Below are positions 37,342 through 48,030 of a DNA stretch of 64,000 nt, piece by piece. The translations under genes were made by a program, and so were the position numbers. The notes beneath the pieces are model-generated. The model saw nothing but the letters and a program-made list of their open reading frames with translations, was not told the origin of the DNA and did not search any database. Origin of the DNA: Gammaproteobacteria bacterium (GTDB taxonomy: Bacteria > Pseudomonadota > Gammaproteobacteria > JBCCGL01); NCBI GenBank assembly GCA_965277715.1, contig OZ255836.1:1536001-1600000 (forward strand), given 5' to 3'. Each line of letters begins with the position of its first letter. Position 1 is the stretch's first letter.

Positions 37342-40300
37342 ATGTACCAGCGCTTTATTGAAAACGGTGTGCTCGCCAACCTGACTTTTTTGCTGGTACT
37401 GGCAGTCGGCATCACCGCGTACTTATCACTGCCCCGCGAACAAGACCCGACAATTAATTTTAACTGGATAGAAATCACCACTGTTTTACCCAGCGCCTCA
37501 GCACAAGACATTGAAAAACGCGTGACCGACCCGCTCGAAGACGCCATCGAAAAGGTCTCTGATACCAAATTTGTCAGCAGTACCAGCCGCGAATCGATCT
37601 CGCGCATCCTGGTGCGTTTCGAGGAGATTGACCAACGCACGTTCGACAAGCGGCTGGCCGATTTGCGCCGTGAAGTACAGGCAGTCGAAGAAGAACTCCC
37701 CAGGGAAACCCTCTCGCCGATTATCACCGAAATAACCACCGCCAACGCATTTCCCACCGCTATTGTCGCCGTGGTTGGCCCCGCCGACGATGAGAATTTG
37801 CGCCGCCAGGCCGAGCGTATCAAAACGGGCCTGGAAAACATTAAGGATGTCGACAATGTGCTGGCCACCGCCCTGCGCGAACCGGAATTACAGGTCGCCT
37901 TTGAAGTCGACCAATTGCGTTCGCTGGGTATCACGCCAGCCGATATTGCCGATACCGTGGCCGCCTATTATCGCGATGTTTCGGTTGGTTCAGCCCAGGT
38001 TGGTGGGCAACGCTGGCTGGTGCGTGTCAGCGGTACCTCCGCCAACCCTGACTACTTGGCCTCACTGCCAGTCTTTGGTGCACGCGGTGAAGTATTGCTC
38101 GGTGATATTGCCGAAGTTACCCGCACCCGCGAAGACACTGGCGAACTGGTTAGCTACCAGGGTCGACCGGCGGTGATGCTGTCGATCACTAAAAAGGCGC
38201 GCACCAATACACTGGCGCTGGTGGCGCGCATCAACGCCTTTATCGACGAACACAATGCCAACACCGATATCAGCGGCGTCAACATCGTGCTGATAGACGA
38301 CCAAACCGAAGTCACCCGCAGCGCCCTCAATGTCATGGAAACCAATATGGTGCTGGGCCTGTTACTGGTGCTGATGGTCACCTGGCTGTTTCTCGGCACG
38401 CGCATGGCGCTGCTCACCAGTATCGGCATCCCCTTTATTCTCGCCGGGACTTTCTGGTTTTTACAGGCAGTGGGGCAAACCCTGAACGTATCGGTGTTAC
38501 TGGGTGTCGTTATTAGCCTGGGCATGTTGGTCGATGATACCGTGGTCGTCGCCGAGAGTATTGCGTTTCGTATGCAGCGCGGCACCGATGCGGTTGCGGC
38601 ATCCGTCGGCGCAATCAAGGAGCTATTTCAACCGGTAACGGCGGCGGTACTGACGACGATAGCGGCCTTCCTGCCGCTGATGTTATTACCTGGTATCCTC
38701 GGTAAATTCATGTTCGTCATCCCGTTAGTAGTCACCACCGCGCTGGCACTCAGCCTGGTTGAGGCCTACTGGATGCTGCCCTCGCACACCATGGACTGGG
38801 GCCGCCCGAAAACCGCGACACGCTGGCGTATCAACAGCATCGCCGATGTGCTCAAGCTACCGCCCCGCATCGCTATCTGGCTGCTCAAGCTACCGATTAG
38901 AACAGGGGATTATATCGATGCCCTGTGCAACCCATTCAGGCAGCGTGTATTGCGCTGGCTGCGCCGCCGCTACACGCGGCAACTGATCAAAATACTCCGC
39001 CACCCCTGTTTGACCCTGCTCAGCATTCTACTCATCGCCGTCTGCCTTATGGGGCTTGCCATCAAGGCAAAAACCATCGCTGGGTTTCTACCAGAACCAC
39101 TGAGCGAGAAAGTTGCCGCATTGGAAATCAAGGTGGATTTTTTCGCCAGTGATCCAATCCGTCTGTATTACGTCAATGTGCAGATGCCTGTGGGTACACC
39201 ACTGGCTGACACACTGAAGACCGTTACCGCAATTGAACAGAAAGTACGCCAATACATTCAACCCGGCGAAGTGCGCCAACTCATCAGTTACAGCGGCCTG
39301 TTGTTTACCGAAACCGCCCCGTTTTTTGGTGACCACTTTGGCCAGGTGGTCGTCGCCCTGAACCCAAAAACAAACGCCCTGCGCACAGTCGATGCAATGG
39401 TCGATTCAATGCGCGATGCCGTGGTGAATACACCTGGCCCGGAAAGTGTGTATTTTCTGACCTTGGCGGGCGGCCCGCCCACCACAAAACCGGTCAGCGT
39501 CAAGGTGCGCGGAGATAGCTTTGATACAATCCGGCCCGCCGTTAACGCCATCAAACACACCCTCTCGACAATCGAAGGGGTAAGCGATATCAGTGACGAT
39601 GACGCCAGTGGCCAGCGCACGCTGACCCTGCACATCGACTCAGACGCAGTACAGCGCGCCGGGGTCAACCCGGCGCTGCTGTCGCGCACCCTGCGTTTAC
39701 TGGTCGACGGTGAAGTGGTCACCAGCCTGCGCCACAACGGCGAGGAAATCGATGTGCGCGTTGTCGCCAACCAACCCAAACTCAACAGCATCGACGAACT
39801 GCTGAACGTCAACCTGCCCTCGGCAAACGGCGACCCGGTGGCATTATCCACCCTGGTCAACACAGCCTACCAAGTGGGGCAAAACAGCATCCGCCATTAC
39901 AACTTCCAGCGCACGGTCACCGTCGAGGCGGATATTGACCCGCAAATCATCAATACCGTCGACGTCAACAAACAACTCAAGCAACGCTGGCGGGACACCC
40001 TGCAACGCCAGTTTCCCGAGGTAAACCTGGATTTTTCAGGCTTGCTCGACGACATCCAGGAGAGCATCAACGCAATGATCACCCTGTTCGGTTTTGGGAT
40101 TGGGCTGATCTACATCATCCTCGGCACCCAGTTCAAAAGCTACTTCCAGCCGCTGATGATCCTGTTGACTATACCCATGGCATTTATTGGCGTAGTCACC
40201 GGCCTACTGCTCAACGGCAACCCGTTAAGCCTGTACACCCTTTACGGCGTTGTGGCACTGGCGGGCATTGCCGTCAACTCGGCGATTGTATTGATTTCGA

Positions 40301-40563
40301 CGGCGAACACCCATCTCAACAATGGCATGGGGGTAAAACACGCCACCTTATTCGCCGCACGCCGCCGCGTTATCCCTATTTTGATTACCTCCTTAAGCAC
40401 AATAGCCGGGCTGTTCTCGCTGGCGACCGGACTGGGGGGGCACTCACTACTGTGGGGGCCGGTGGCGACCTCCATCGTCTGGGGGTTGGGGTTTTCCACC
40501 CTGCTAACCCTCTTTCTTATCCCGCTACTCTACAGCCTGTTTATGCGCCAACCCGCGAGGTAA
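37342..40563 (+). CDS. RND efflux permease (AcrB family)
   Basis: 1073 aa, GMLVDDTVVV, GIAVNSAI, many TM segments. Confidence 0.95.
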   Translation: MYQRFIENGVLANLTFLLVLAVGITAYLSLPREQDPTINFNWIEITTVLPSASAQDIEKRVTDPLEDAIEKVSDTKFVSSTSRESISRILVRFEEIDQRTFDKRLADLRREVQAVEEELPRETLSPIITEITTANAFPTAIVAVVGPADDENLRRQAERIKTGLENIKDVDNVLATALREPELQVAFEVDQLRSLGITPADIADTVAAYYRDVSVGSAQVGGQRWLVRVSGTSANPDYLASLPVFGARGEVLLGDIAEVTRTREDTGELVSYQGRPAVMLSITKKARTNTLALVARINAFIDEHNANTDISGVNIVLIDDQTEVTRSALNVMETNMVLGLLLVLMVTWLFLGTRMALLTSIGIPFILAGTFWFLQAVGQTLNVSVLLGVVISLGMLVDDTVVVAESIAFRMQRGTDAVAASVGAIKELFQPVTAAVLTTIAAFLPLMLLPGILGKFMFVIPLVVTTALALSLVEAYWMLPSHTMDWGRPKTATRWRINSIADVLKLPPRIAIWLLKLPIRTGDYIDALCNPFRQRVLRWLRRRYTRQLIKILRHPCLTLLSILLIAVCLMGLAIKAKTIAGFLPEPLSEKVAALEIKVDFFASDPIRLYYVNVQMPVGTPLADTLKTVTAIEQKVRQYIQPGEVRQLISYSGLLFTETAPFFGDHFGQVVVALNPKTNALRTVDAMVDSMRDAVVNTPGPESVYFLTLAGGPPTTKPVSVKVRGDSFDTIRPAVNAIKHTLSTIEGVSDISDDDASGQRTLTLHIDSDAVQRAGVNPALLSRTLRLLVDGEVVTSLRHNGEEIDVRVVANQPKLNSIDELLNVNLPSANGDPVALSTLVNTAYQVGQNSIRHYNFQRTVTVEADIDPQIINTVDVNKQLKQRWRDTLQRQFPEVNLDFSGLLDDIQESINAMITLFGFGIGLIYIILGTQFKSYFQPLMILLTIPMAFIGVVTGLLLNGNPLSLYTLYGVVALAGIAVNSAIVLISTANTHLNNGMGVKHATLFAARRRVIPILITSLSTIAGLFSLATGLGGHSLLWGPVATSIVWGLGFSTLLTLFLIPLLYSLFMRQPAR

Positions 40564-40773
40564 GGGAGTTCTCAATCACCGTGGACAGACCGCTTGTGGT
40601 CGTTTTCCGCGCTGACTGTGTTGCAATTTGTCACAATAGAACCACTATGGCGCGCCAGTACGCCTTGTTCAGTGCCAACAGCGCGACACTGAAACCGGCG
40701 AAATCATCACAATTTATTTTACAAAAGCCGGGTTATCTGATAAAAGACCCTGCTTTCAAATTTGCAGTGGAAT

Positions 40774-41220
40774 ATGGCAATGGCAGCAAAGAAAAAAGCC
40801 CCTAAAAGAGGCGATGTTGGCAACTTCACCCCCTACCAGGAAAAGAAGGGTGAAGAGTACATGTGCCCGGCGCAACAAAAACACTTTAGCGCTATCCTCA
40901 ATGAGTGGAAAAAGCAGCTTATGCAGGAAGTTGACCGCACCGTCGATCATATGAAAGACGACGCCTCAAACTTTCCAGACCCCAATGACCGCGCAACCCA
41001 GGAAGAGGAATTCAGCCTGGAACTACGCACCCGTGACCGCGAGCGCAAATTAATCAAAAAGATTAATCAATCATTGCTCGATATAGACAATGAAGAATAT
41101 GGCTACTGCCAAACCTGCGGTGTTGAAATTGGCATTCGGCGCCTGGAAGCAAGACCCACCGCAACACTGTGTATCGAGTGCAAAACCCTTGAGGAAATCC
41201 GCGAAAAGCAAAATGCCTGA
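40774..41220 (+). CDS. dksA: RNA polymerase-binding factor DksA
   Basis: FPDPNDRATQEEEF; CxxC...CxxC zinc finger. Confidence 0.97.
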   Translation: MAMAAKKKAPKRGDVGNFTPYQEKKGEEYMCPAQQKHFSAILNEWKKQLMQEVDRTVDHMKDDASNFPDPNDRATQEEEFSLELRTRDRERKLIKKINQSLLDIDNEEYGYCQTCGVEIGIRRLEARPTATLCIECKTLEEIREKQNA

Positions 41221-41276
41221 CGGCCAACGTTAGAGCACTACCTGGAGGCAGTTACGCCCAGCCTTGATACCGACGG

Positions 41277-42197
41277 ATGAATAGCCCCTACATTGGCCGC
41301 TTCGCCCCCTCACCCAGCGGCCCGTTGCACTTTGGTTCACTGGCGACGGCAATGGGCAGCTACCTGCAGGCGCGCAGTCAAAATGGTCAATGGCTGCTGC
41401 GTATCGAGGACATCGACCCACCACGTGAAGTCAGTGGTGCAGGCGACGCCATCATTCGCAGCCTGGAAAATTTGGGGTTTGAGTGGGATCAATCGATCAC
41501 CTGGCAACACAACAACCTCAAACGCTACGAAGAGGCGCTGCAACAACTACAGACACAAGGCTTATTATTCGCCTGCGCCTGTAGCCGCAAACAACTGGCC
41601 AATACTGCCGCTTCCGACTCACACCTCCGCCCATACCCTCGCCCATACCCTCCTGGCCCATACCCTGGCACCTGTCGGGCGCGATCACTGAGCTTTACTG
41701 AGCGCAGCATCCGCATTCGCGTACAGGGCGACATCCACTTCCACGATGCAATTCAAGGCCATGTAAGCGAATCACTGGCCGAGCAGATAGGTGATTTCAT
41801 CGTCAAACGGCGCGATGGCTTATTCGCCTACCAGCTCGCTGTCGTCATCGACGACGCCGACCAGGGCATCACCGAAGTCGTGCGCGGGGCAGACCTACTG
41901 GACAACACAGCGCGGCAAATATTTCTGCAACGCGCACTTAACGCCCCTACCCCAGACTACTGCCACCTCCCCATAGCCCTCGACAAAAACGGCAAAAAAC
42001 TCTGCAAACACACACACGCAGAACCGATAGACACCCTGCCCCCCCTAGACGCCCTGCTATCCGCCTGGCACTTTCTCGGCCAAACCAGCGACACCTCGAA
42101 CAGCCATCGGCAAACACCCGATTCAGTTAAAGATTTTTGGCCCTGGGCCATCGCCAACTGGTCACTCACTAACGTACCCCTTGTACACAAGCAATAA
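41277..42197 (+). CDS. gluQ: Glutamyl-Q tRNA(Asp) synthetase
   Basis: RFAPSPSGPLHFGS, RIEDID, KLCK (KMSKS-like); downstream of dksA. Confidence 0.95.
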   Translation: MNSPYIGRFAPSPSGPLHFGSLATAMGSYLQARSQNGQWLLRIEDIDPPREVSGAGDAIIRSLENLGFEWDQSITWQHNNLKRYEEALQQLQTQGLLFACACSRKQLANTAASDSHLRPYPRPYPPGPYPGTCRARSLSFTERSIRIRVQGDIHFHDAIQGHVSESLAEQIGDFIVKRRDGLFAYQLAVVIDDADQGITEVVRGADLLDNTARQIFLQRALNAPTPDYCHLPIALDKNGKKLCKHTHAEPIDTLPPLDALLSAWHFLGQTSDTSNSHRQTPDSVKDFWPWAIANWSLTNVPLVHKQ

Positions 42198-42352
42198 CCA
42201 ACCTTCCACAGAAACAGTTGGCGTGCGACTGTATGGATACAGGAGATAGAGCAACCCAGGGTGATAGAAACCACCTCATTAAAACGAACACCCCCTAACA
42301 ACTACCAACTGTCACTTGCTAATCCCCCAATTTTAACTAACCTACAACAACC

Positions 42353-42925
42353 ATGAAAAACCTCACAAACCACCTCAAAGCGCTACAAAGCCCCCCCTAC
42401 CTACTTTACTGCATTCTGCTACTCAGCCCACCGGCCATCGCTGAAGAAACACCTGCCCCAGACAGTGCCTATGACTGCACAGTAGTACAGATTGACAACA
42501 TCGATGAATCGACACTCACCAAAACCGAGCGCATTGCACTAATGGAACAGGCATTACTCGACTCAATCGATCAATACGACAGTTGCATCGACACGGCTAT
42601 CAGCAAAAACGCCGCCACAGGTGGCGGTGGCAGAGGTGAAGACGGAGGTGAAAGTGGTGAAGGCAAAGGTGAGAATGAAAGCGAAGGTAAAAGTGAAGGC
42701 GAGAATAATCAAGAAACCGGCGATGAAGGTAATGAAGACAACCAGAGCGCAGAAAACAACCACACCGAATCGGGTACAAGCGGCGCTAAAAATGAAGAAA
42801 TCGACCCAAAGGACAACGATGCCGCCGTGTGCATCATGCTAAAAGACGAGTTGAAAATAGAAACAGACCCAGAAAAAAAACGCGAATTAAAAGAAATTTA
42901 TACCGACTATAATTGTCGTAACTGA
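42353..42925 (+). CDS. Secreted acidic protein
   Basis: Signal peptide (AIA), Gly/Glu linker, four Cys in the mature part, C-terminal ETDPEKKRELKEIY. Confidence 0.75.
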   Translation: MKNLTNHLKALQSPPYLLYCILLLSPPAIAEETPAPDSAYDCTVVQIDNIDESTLTKTERIALMEQALLDSIDQYDSCIDTAISKNAATGGGGRGEDGGESGEGKGENESEGKSEGENNQETGDEGNEDNQSAENNHTESGTSGAKNEEIDPKDNDAAVCIMLKDELKIETDPEKKRELKEIYTDYNCRN

Positions 42926-43033
42926 ACCCAAATACCACATAACAAACACTGATACTGTACCCATTCTTGGTTTCACAGAAAAATACCTGTTTTTATCAAA
43001 AACAACACTTATCGTCAGCACAGGAACGACCCT

Positions 43034-44350
43034 ATGCATACGCAGTACAGCACAAAAACAAACGGCTGTTTAAAGACCAAAAGCGCATGGGATATTGTGC
43101 TCCTCTTCATCTGCCTGCTGAGCCTCTCAGGCTGTAAAGCTCTCAACATCATCGACTCCTCCCCCTCTGCCGAACCGGCAGTTGGCCCCATTGTCGGCCC
43201 AGGCTCGACCACAACCAACCCAGAGACAGGCAAAAAACCATACACCTACAACTCAGATATATACCTGGACGTAGTGATCCCCGTATTTGACCCCGGACTC
43301 CCCTTGAATGAACACGGCGATGTGGACTATCAGCAGGTCGGTGAGCAAGGCATCTGGCCCCAACTAAGGCGTGCGGAAGCCAACCGTTTCGCAGTCGAAA
43401 CCAAGCGGGCCATTGGCAATATCGGTGCTTTTGGTGCCGTTAGCGTGGTGCCTGACGCATCTGCCAGCGGCGATGTTTATGTACTGGGCCATATTGATCA
43501 TTCTGACAGCGAAACGATCAAACTCACCGTTAATGTCCTGGATAGCCAAAGCAAATCCTGGGGTAAAAAACAATTTGAACACCACGTCAGCCCCGGATTT
43601 TTCCGGGACAAAAACAACGCTGAAAAAGACCCGTACGAGCCTGTTTTCAACCACATAGCCGACTACCTTTACCAACTGTTAAAAACCAAATCTGAACAGG
43701 AAAAAGACACCATTAAAGCCGTTACCGAGCTACGCTACGCCCAGCTCTACGCACCCGAATTATTCGGCCAGCACCTCAGGCTCGATAAAACCTGGGATGG
43801 CAATTACTACTACACGCTGCTCAGCCTGCCGAGTGAAAACGATACCATGACCCGGCGAATAGCACCGCTTCGCCTGCAAGACCAACGCTTTATTGACCGC
43901 CTGCAAATTCATTACGAAGGCTTTAACGCCCGCTCCGATGAGAGCTATCGCGCCTGGCAAAAAGAAACCCTACCTAAAGTCGTCGCGTTTAAAGAAGTGC
44001 AAGCTGAGAAAAGTAAAAAAATAACCCTTGGCATACTCTCGGCAGTGGCTGCCGCTGTTCTGAGCAACAACTCAAATTCAACGGTGGGTAATATCGGCAC
44101 AACAATTGGGGCATTGGCCAGTGCTGTGCTAATCAGTGATGCGCTGGGTAAAAATGAAGAGCTCAAAGTACACAAAGTTTCTCTGGATGAAATGGGTGAG
44201 TCACTGGATATTGAATTAAGCCCTCAGGTCATCGCGCACAACGAACAGACCATCGAGCTGACCGGCACCGCCAACGAACAATACCAGCAATGGAGAAGCC
44301 ACTTACAAGCGATATACGCGCTTGAAAAAACACCCGACACACAACTCTAG
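43034..44350 (+). CDS. Lipoprotein of unknown function
   Basis: Lipobox LSG-C; glycine-zipper-like pair near the C-terminus. Confidence 0.8.
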   Translation: MHTQYSTKTNGCLKTKSAWDIVLLFICLLSLSGCKALNIIDSSPSAEPAVGPIVGPGSTTTNPETGKKPYTYNSDIYLDVVIPVFDPGLPLNEHGDVDYQQVGEQGIWPQLRRAEANRFAVETKRAIGNIGAFGAVSVVPDASASGDVYVLGHIDHSDSETIKLTVNVLDSQSKSWGKKQFEHHVSPGFFRDKNNAEKDPYEPVFNHIADYLYQLLKTKSEQEKDTIKAVTELRYAQLYAPELFGQHLRLDKTWDGNYYYTLLSLPSENDTMTRRIAPLRLQDQRFIDRLQIHYEGFNARSDESYRAWQKETLPKVVAFKEVQAEKSKKITLGILSAVAAAVLSNNSNSTVGNIGTTIGALASAVLISDALGKNEELKVHKVSLDEMGESLDIELSPQVIAHNEQTIELTGTANEQYQQWRSHLQAIYALEKTPDTQL

Positions 44351-44359
44351 GACACCGGG

Positions 44360-45814
44360 TTGCTGGACCAACAAATAGAGCAGTCACGCGCCAGGCGTGC
44401 GGCCAGTTTACGCAAAGGATTGATCGCCTGCCTTGGGCTGCTGGGCGCAATTCTCCTCGCGTATAGCCTTGTCCATTTTATCGACACAAGGCCTGCCGCT
44501 GACCCTGCCGCCGACCCTGTCACCGACGTAGGGGTTACCCCGGCACCTCCCGCAGTAGAAAATGATACCGCAACAATCGATAATGAACCGCTCAATAGTG
44601 AGGCAGATAGAAAGCAATTTCAGCAGATGCTAAGTCAGTTTGAAGAGGCGCACGCGTCGCACTTGTCTGACCAGGATTTCTTAAACTGGCAGCCACATAC
44701 CGCCGCTGATCCGCTCGACATAAAAACACAGGCACTGGCTTTATTTGCAGCGGGCAGTTACACCCACGCCATCACAACACTCGAACAGGCCGACGATACG
44801 GCGATACGCCTGCACAACGAATGGCAGGCAGCCTATGAGGATAAACTCAACAGGGCGCAACACGCCTACGACAACGGCGAAATCAAACCCGCGCAATTGC
44901 ACCTGAACCAGGCGTTCAAAATAAAATCTTCAGAAGAACGTGGCCTGGCACTACAAAAAAAACTGACCAGCCACCCGCGTGTTGCAAAACTATTGCAACA
45001 ATTAAACGTGGCCAACGTTGAAAACAACCTGCATAAACAGGCCGGTATACTCGGCGAAATAGTCACCGTTGACCCCACCCGAACTGAGATGAAAAAAACC
45101 CTGCAAGGCGTAAGAAAAAAAATAAACGACGCCGCATTTAGCCGCTACCTTGCCCAGGGGTTATCAGCCATTGACAGCGGCCAGATAAACGATGCCCGTA
45201 CCGCGTATCGACACGCCAAAAATATCTACGCCAAGCGCCCCGAATTAAATACCTTGCAACAGAAAATCACAGACAAAAAAACAGCAAACGAATTCAACCA
45301 CCTTATTCGACAACTGGCCGAGGCAGCCCAATCGGATAACTGGGCATCGGTTGCCGGTATTGCACAATCACCTTACCAGACTGACCCACAGGTACAGGCG
45401 TATTTAAACGATGCCGCCCATATACTCCGTTTGCAGAAACAGGCAAACCACTACCTCGATAGACCAGAGAGGCTACTGGATAAAAACATCCGTACACAGG
45501 CCAAAAAATTCATAAAAGAACACTTTCGCTCGACACTAAAAAGCCCACAGTTTGCCAAACAAATAAACGCACTGAGTGAAACCATCAGAAATGCCGAAAT
45601 TGAACAACCCCTACGCATTACCTCAAACGGGGAGACCGACATATGGGTACTGGGTGTTGGGCACGTGGGGGAAACCACGCAAAAAGACATCGTACTACCA
45701 CCGGGCCGTTATACCCTGGAAGGACGTTGTGACGGCTATCGACATAAACAGCTAACCGTTGCCCTGCCGGGGCAACACAGCATCCACTTGGTATGTGATG
45801 AACGAATTAGATAA
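44360..45814 (+). CDS. Membrane-anchored TPR-like protein with C-terminal PEGA-like domain
   Basis: N-terminal TM, helical repeats, PGRYTLEGRCDGY. Confidence 0.75.
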   Translation: MLDQQIEQSRARRAASLRKGLIACLGLLGAILLAYSLVHFIDTRPAADPAADPVTDVGVTPAPPAVENDTATIDNEPLNSEADRKQFQQMLSQFEEAHASHLSDQDFLNWQPHTAADPLDIKTQALALFAAGSYTHAITTLEQADDTAIRLHNEWQAAYEDKLNRAQHAYDNGEIKPAQLHLNQAFKIKSSEERGLALQKKLTSHPRVAKLLQQLNVANVENNLHKQAGILGEIVTVDPTRTEMKKTLQGVRKKINDAAFSRYLAQGLSAIDSGQINDARTAYRHAKNIYAKRPELNTLQQKITDKKTANEFNHLIRQLAEAAQSDNWASVAGIAQSPYQTDPQVQAYLNDAAHILRLQKQANHYLDRPERLLDKNIRTQAKKFIKEHFRSTLKSPQFAKQINALSETIRNAEIEQPLRITSNGETDIWVLGVGHVGETTQKDIVLPPGRYTLEGRCDGYRHKQLTVALPGQHSIHLVCDERIR

Positions 45815-47816
45815 AACCATACAACAGGCCAGAAAAAAACACTTTTTACAGACCCTCATCATCGGTGGCTTATTGCTTATTGGTTTGCTGGGGTATGCAT
45901 TCTGGTTGTTTGTAGCCAAGGGCTATGTACTGACGATAATGCCTGAAGAGGCAAAAGCCAGCCATTTTGTCACCCTGCAGAAAGGCCAGGGGCTCTACCT
46001 TGGCGGTGTACTGTACACCCTCTCAGGCCAAACCCGTTTTGAAGTTGGCGCAGCGGGCTTTGAATCTGAAACTGTCGATATCAATGCAAGCACCGATAGC
46101 ACCCTTGCTATCACCTTACAGCCAAGCCCCGGAGTTTTATTTGGCCGCACCATCCCCAGCGCCACCGATACCGAATGGACGATAAACGGCACCTTAGTGC
46201 ATATAGGTGAAACCCTGGAACACCCCATGGAGCCCGGCGAACACACGATTGCGATTAATCATAAATACCACCAACCGTTAAACAATACCGTTTCCATAAA
46301 ACGCGGCGAAAAAATACAAAAAGAATGGCCATTACAGACGATCGATGGCCAGTTACTCATACAGGCATCCCCCGTCACTGCTGAGGTTTATATTGACGAA
46401 ACACCCGTTGGCGCCACGCCGCTAAGCCTTGAACGACCAGCGGGTCGCTACGCCATCAAAGTCGCCGCCAAAGGTTACGAGACAATCGATGAAAACATCG
46501 AAATAAACAATGAAAATACCCGTATTACGCGCCAATACCAATTGGCACCCCGCAAAGGCACTGTATCGTTTACGCTCTCCCCGGCGGGGGGTGTATTGAT
46601 TGTCGATGGCGTGGCAATCAAACCCTCCGCAACCAACACCAGCGGGCAGACCCCAGTAACCGTTCAGGCGCCTATTATCGCCAACAAAAAACACACCGTT
46701 CGCTACAGCAAACCAGGCTACTCAAACCACACCAGCACAGTCAGCGTTTCACCGGGTGAGAATAAAGCCGTTTCAATTGCCCTTAAAAAGCAATGGGGGA
46801 CACTCAAAATCACCACATCACCGGCAGCCACCGTTTTAATTGACGGCAAACCGGCAGGCCAGTCACCCCTGACAACAAAACTGTCCACAGTGAAACACAA
46901 ACTGGAATTTGTTTTACCCGGCTATCGCACCCACACCCAATACATCACGCCACGCAATAATACCGTCGAAAAAATCGACGTGGCCCTGCTGACCGAATTT
47001 GCCGCTCGACAAAAAGCGGGCAAGCCCCTGTATGTATCGACCCTTGGCATCGACCTGTTGCAACTCAGGCCCCATGCCTTCCAGATGGGTTCCCCGCCCA
47101 ATGAAAAAGGCCGGAGCCGTAATGAGTTTCAAATTGATGTCGATTTCTCCCGCAAAATCTGGGTGAGTCGACACGAAATCACCGAGGCCCAATACGCCGC
47201 CTTCGATGCATCCAAAGCCACCTCCACACTACCCGTCACCGATATTTCATGGTCTGAGGCCGCTCAATACTGCAATTGGTTAAGCCAGCGGGAAGGCCTA
47301 CCCGTGTTTTACACAATCAATGCGAGGCGCATACTGGGCTTTAACCCACAGGCCAAAGGTTATCGCTTATTGACTGAGGCGGAATGGGAATGGCTTGCCA
47401 AAAAAGCCAAACGGTCGACACCCACCACATACGTATGGGGCAATAGCGGGCGTATTCCCAAAAATGCGGGCAATTTTGCCGACAGGACACTGGGCAAAAA
47501 AACAACCTTTTACTTTAAAAAATACACCGACGGCTTTGCTGGCAAAGCACCTGTTGGCAGCTTTAAAGCCGATAGAGTAGGCTTATACGATTTGGCGGGG
47601 AATGTGAGTGAGTGGGTGCATGATAAACACACCAACACACCCCCCGAAATACCGGGCGTCGCTATCGACTACACAGGGGCGGTAAGAGGCAGTGGCCATA
47701 TAGTGAAAGGGGGAAACTACCTCAGTGGCAGGCCGGCCGAACTGCGTGGCGCCTATCGGGCGACCAACAAAAGCCGCGACCCGACCATTGGTTTTAGAAT
47801 TGCCCGGTATCATTGA
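45798..47816 (+). CDS. Membrane-anchored PEGA-repeat/FGE-sulfatase (SUMF1) domain protein
   Basis: TM, PEGA repeats (GATPL..GRY..GY), RLLTEAEWE, YDLAGNVSEW, GFR. Confidence 0.88.
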   Translation: MNELDKTIQQARKKHFLQTLIIGGLLLIGLLGYAFWLFVAKGYVLTIMPEEAKASHFVTLQKGQGLYLGGVLYTLSGQTRFEVGAAGFESETVDINASTDSTLAITLQPSPGVLFGRTIPSATDTEWTINGTLVHIGETLEHPMEPGEHTIAINHKYHQPLNNTVSIKRGEKIQKEWPLQTIDGQLLIQASPVTAEVYIDETPVGATPLSLERPAGRYAIKVAAKGYETIDENIEINNENTRITRQYQLAPRKGTVSFTLSPAGGVLIVDGVAIKPSATNTSGQTPVTVQAPIIANKKHTVRYSKPGYSNHTSTVSVSPGENKAVSIALKKQWGTLKITTSPAATVLIDGKPAGQSPLTTKLSTVKHKLEFVLPGYRTHTQYITPRNNTVEKIDVALLTEFAARQKAGKPLYVSTLGIDLLQLRPHAFQMGSPPNEKGRSRNEFQIDVDFSRKIWVSRHEITEAQYAAFDASKATSTLPVTDISWSEAAQYCNWLSQREGLPVFYTINARRILGFNPQAKGYRLLTEAEWEWLAKKAKRSTPTTYVWGNSGRIPKNAGNFADRTLGKKTTFYFKKYTDGFAGKAPVGSFKADRVGLYDLAGNVSEWVHDKHTNTPPEIPGVAIDYTGAVRGSGHIVKGGNYLSGRPAELRGAYRATNKSRDPTIGFRIARYH

Positions 47817-47903
47817 GAGTGAACACCCCCTGGCCCCTCTTTCATAAAGAGAAGATTAGGGGGTATCTAAATTTATTTACGGCAAATCACAACAGGAACA
47901 ACC

Positions 47904-48029
47904 ATGAAAAAACCGCACACGATGAAAATTATCTTAATTACCCTGCTACTGATTGCCGGTGGTTCGGCAGCACTGGCCGCAGTAAAAATCAGCCTGGACA
48001 CCCCCGCCCGGCTCCCTATTGATATTTGA
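47904..48029 (+). CDS. 41-aa secreted micropeptide
   Basis: AGGA RBS; MKKPHTMKIILITLLLIAGGSAALA-AVKISLDTPARLPIDI; stop 1 nt before the next ATG. Confidence 0.75.
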   Translation: MKKPHTMKIILITLLLIAGGSAALAAVKISLDTPARLPIDI

Positions 48030-48030
48030 T

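Noticed and set aside
30668-47816. Diversity-generating retroelement targeting the fibre or FGE domain
   Set aside because: No reverse transcriptase and no template/variable repeat pair seen
47813-48022. 69-aa ORF from the track
   Set aside because: The overlapping 47904-48029 frame has an RBS, a signal peptide and coupling, so it is the better call
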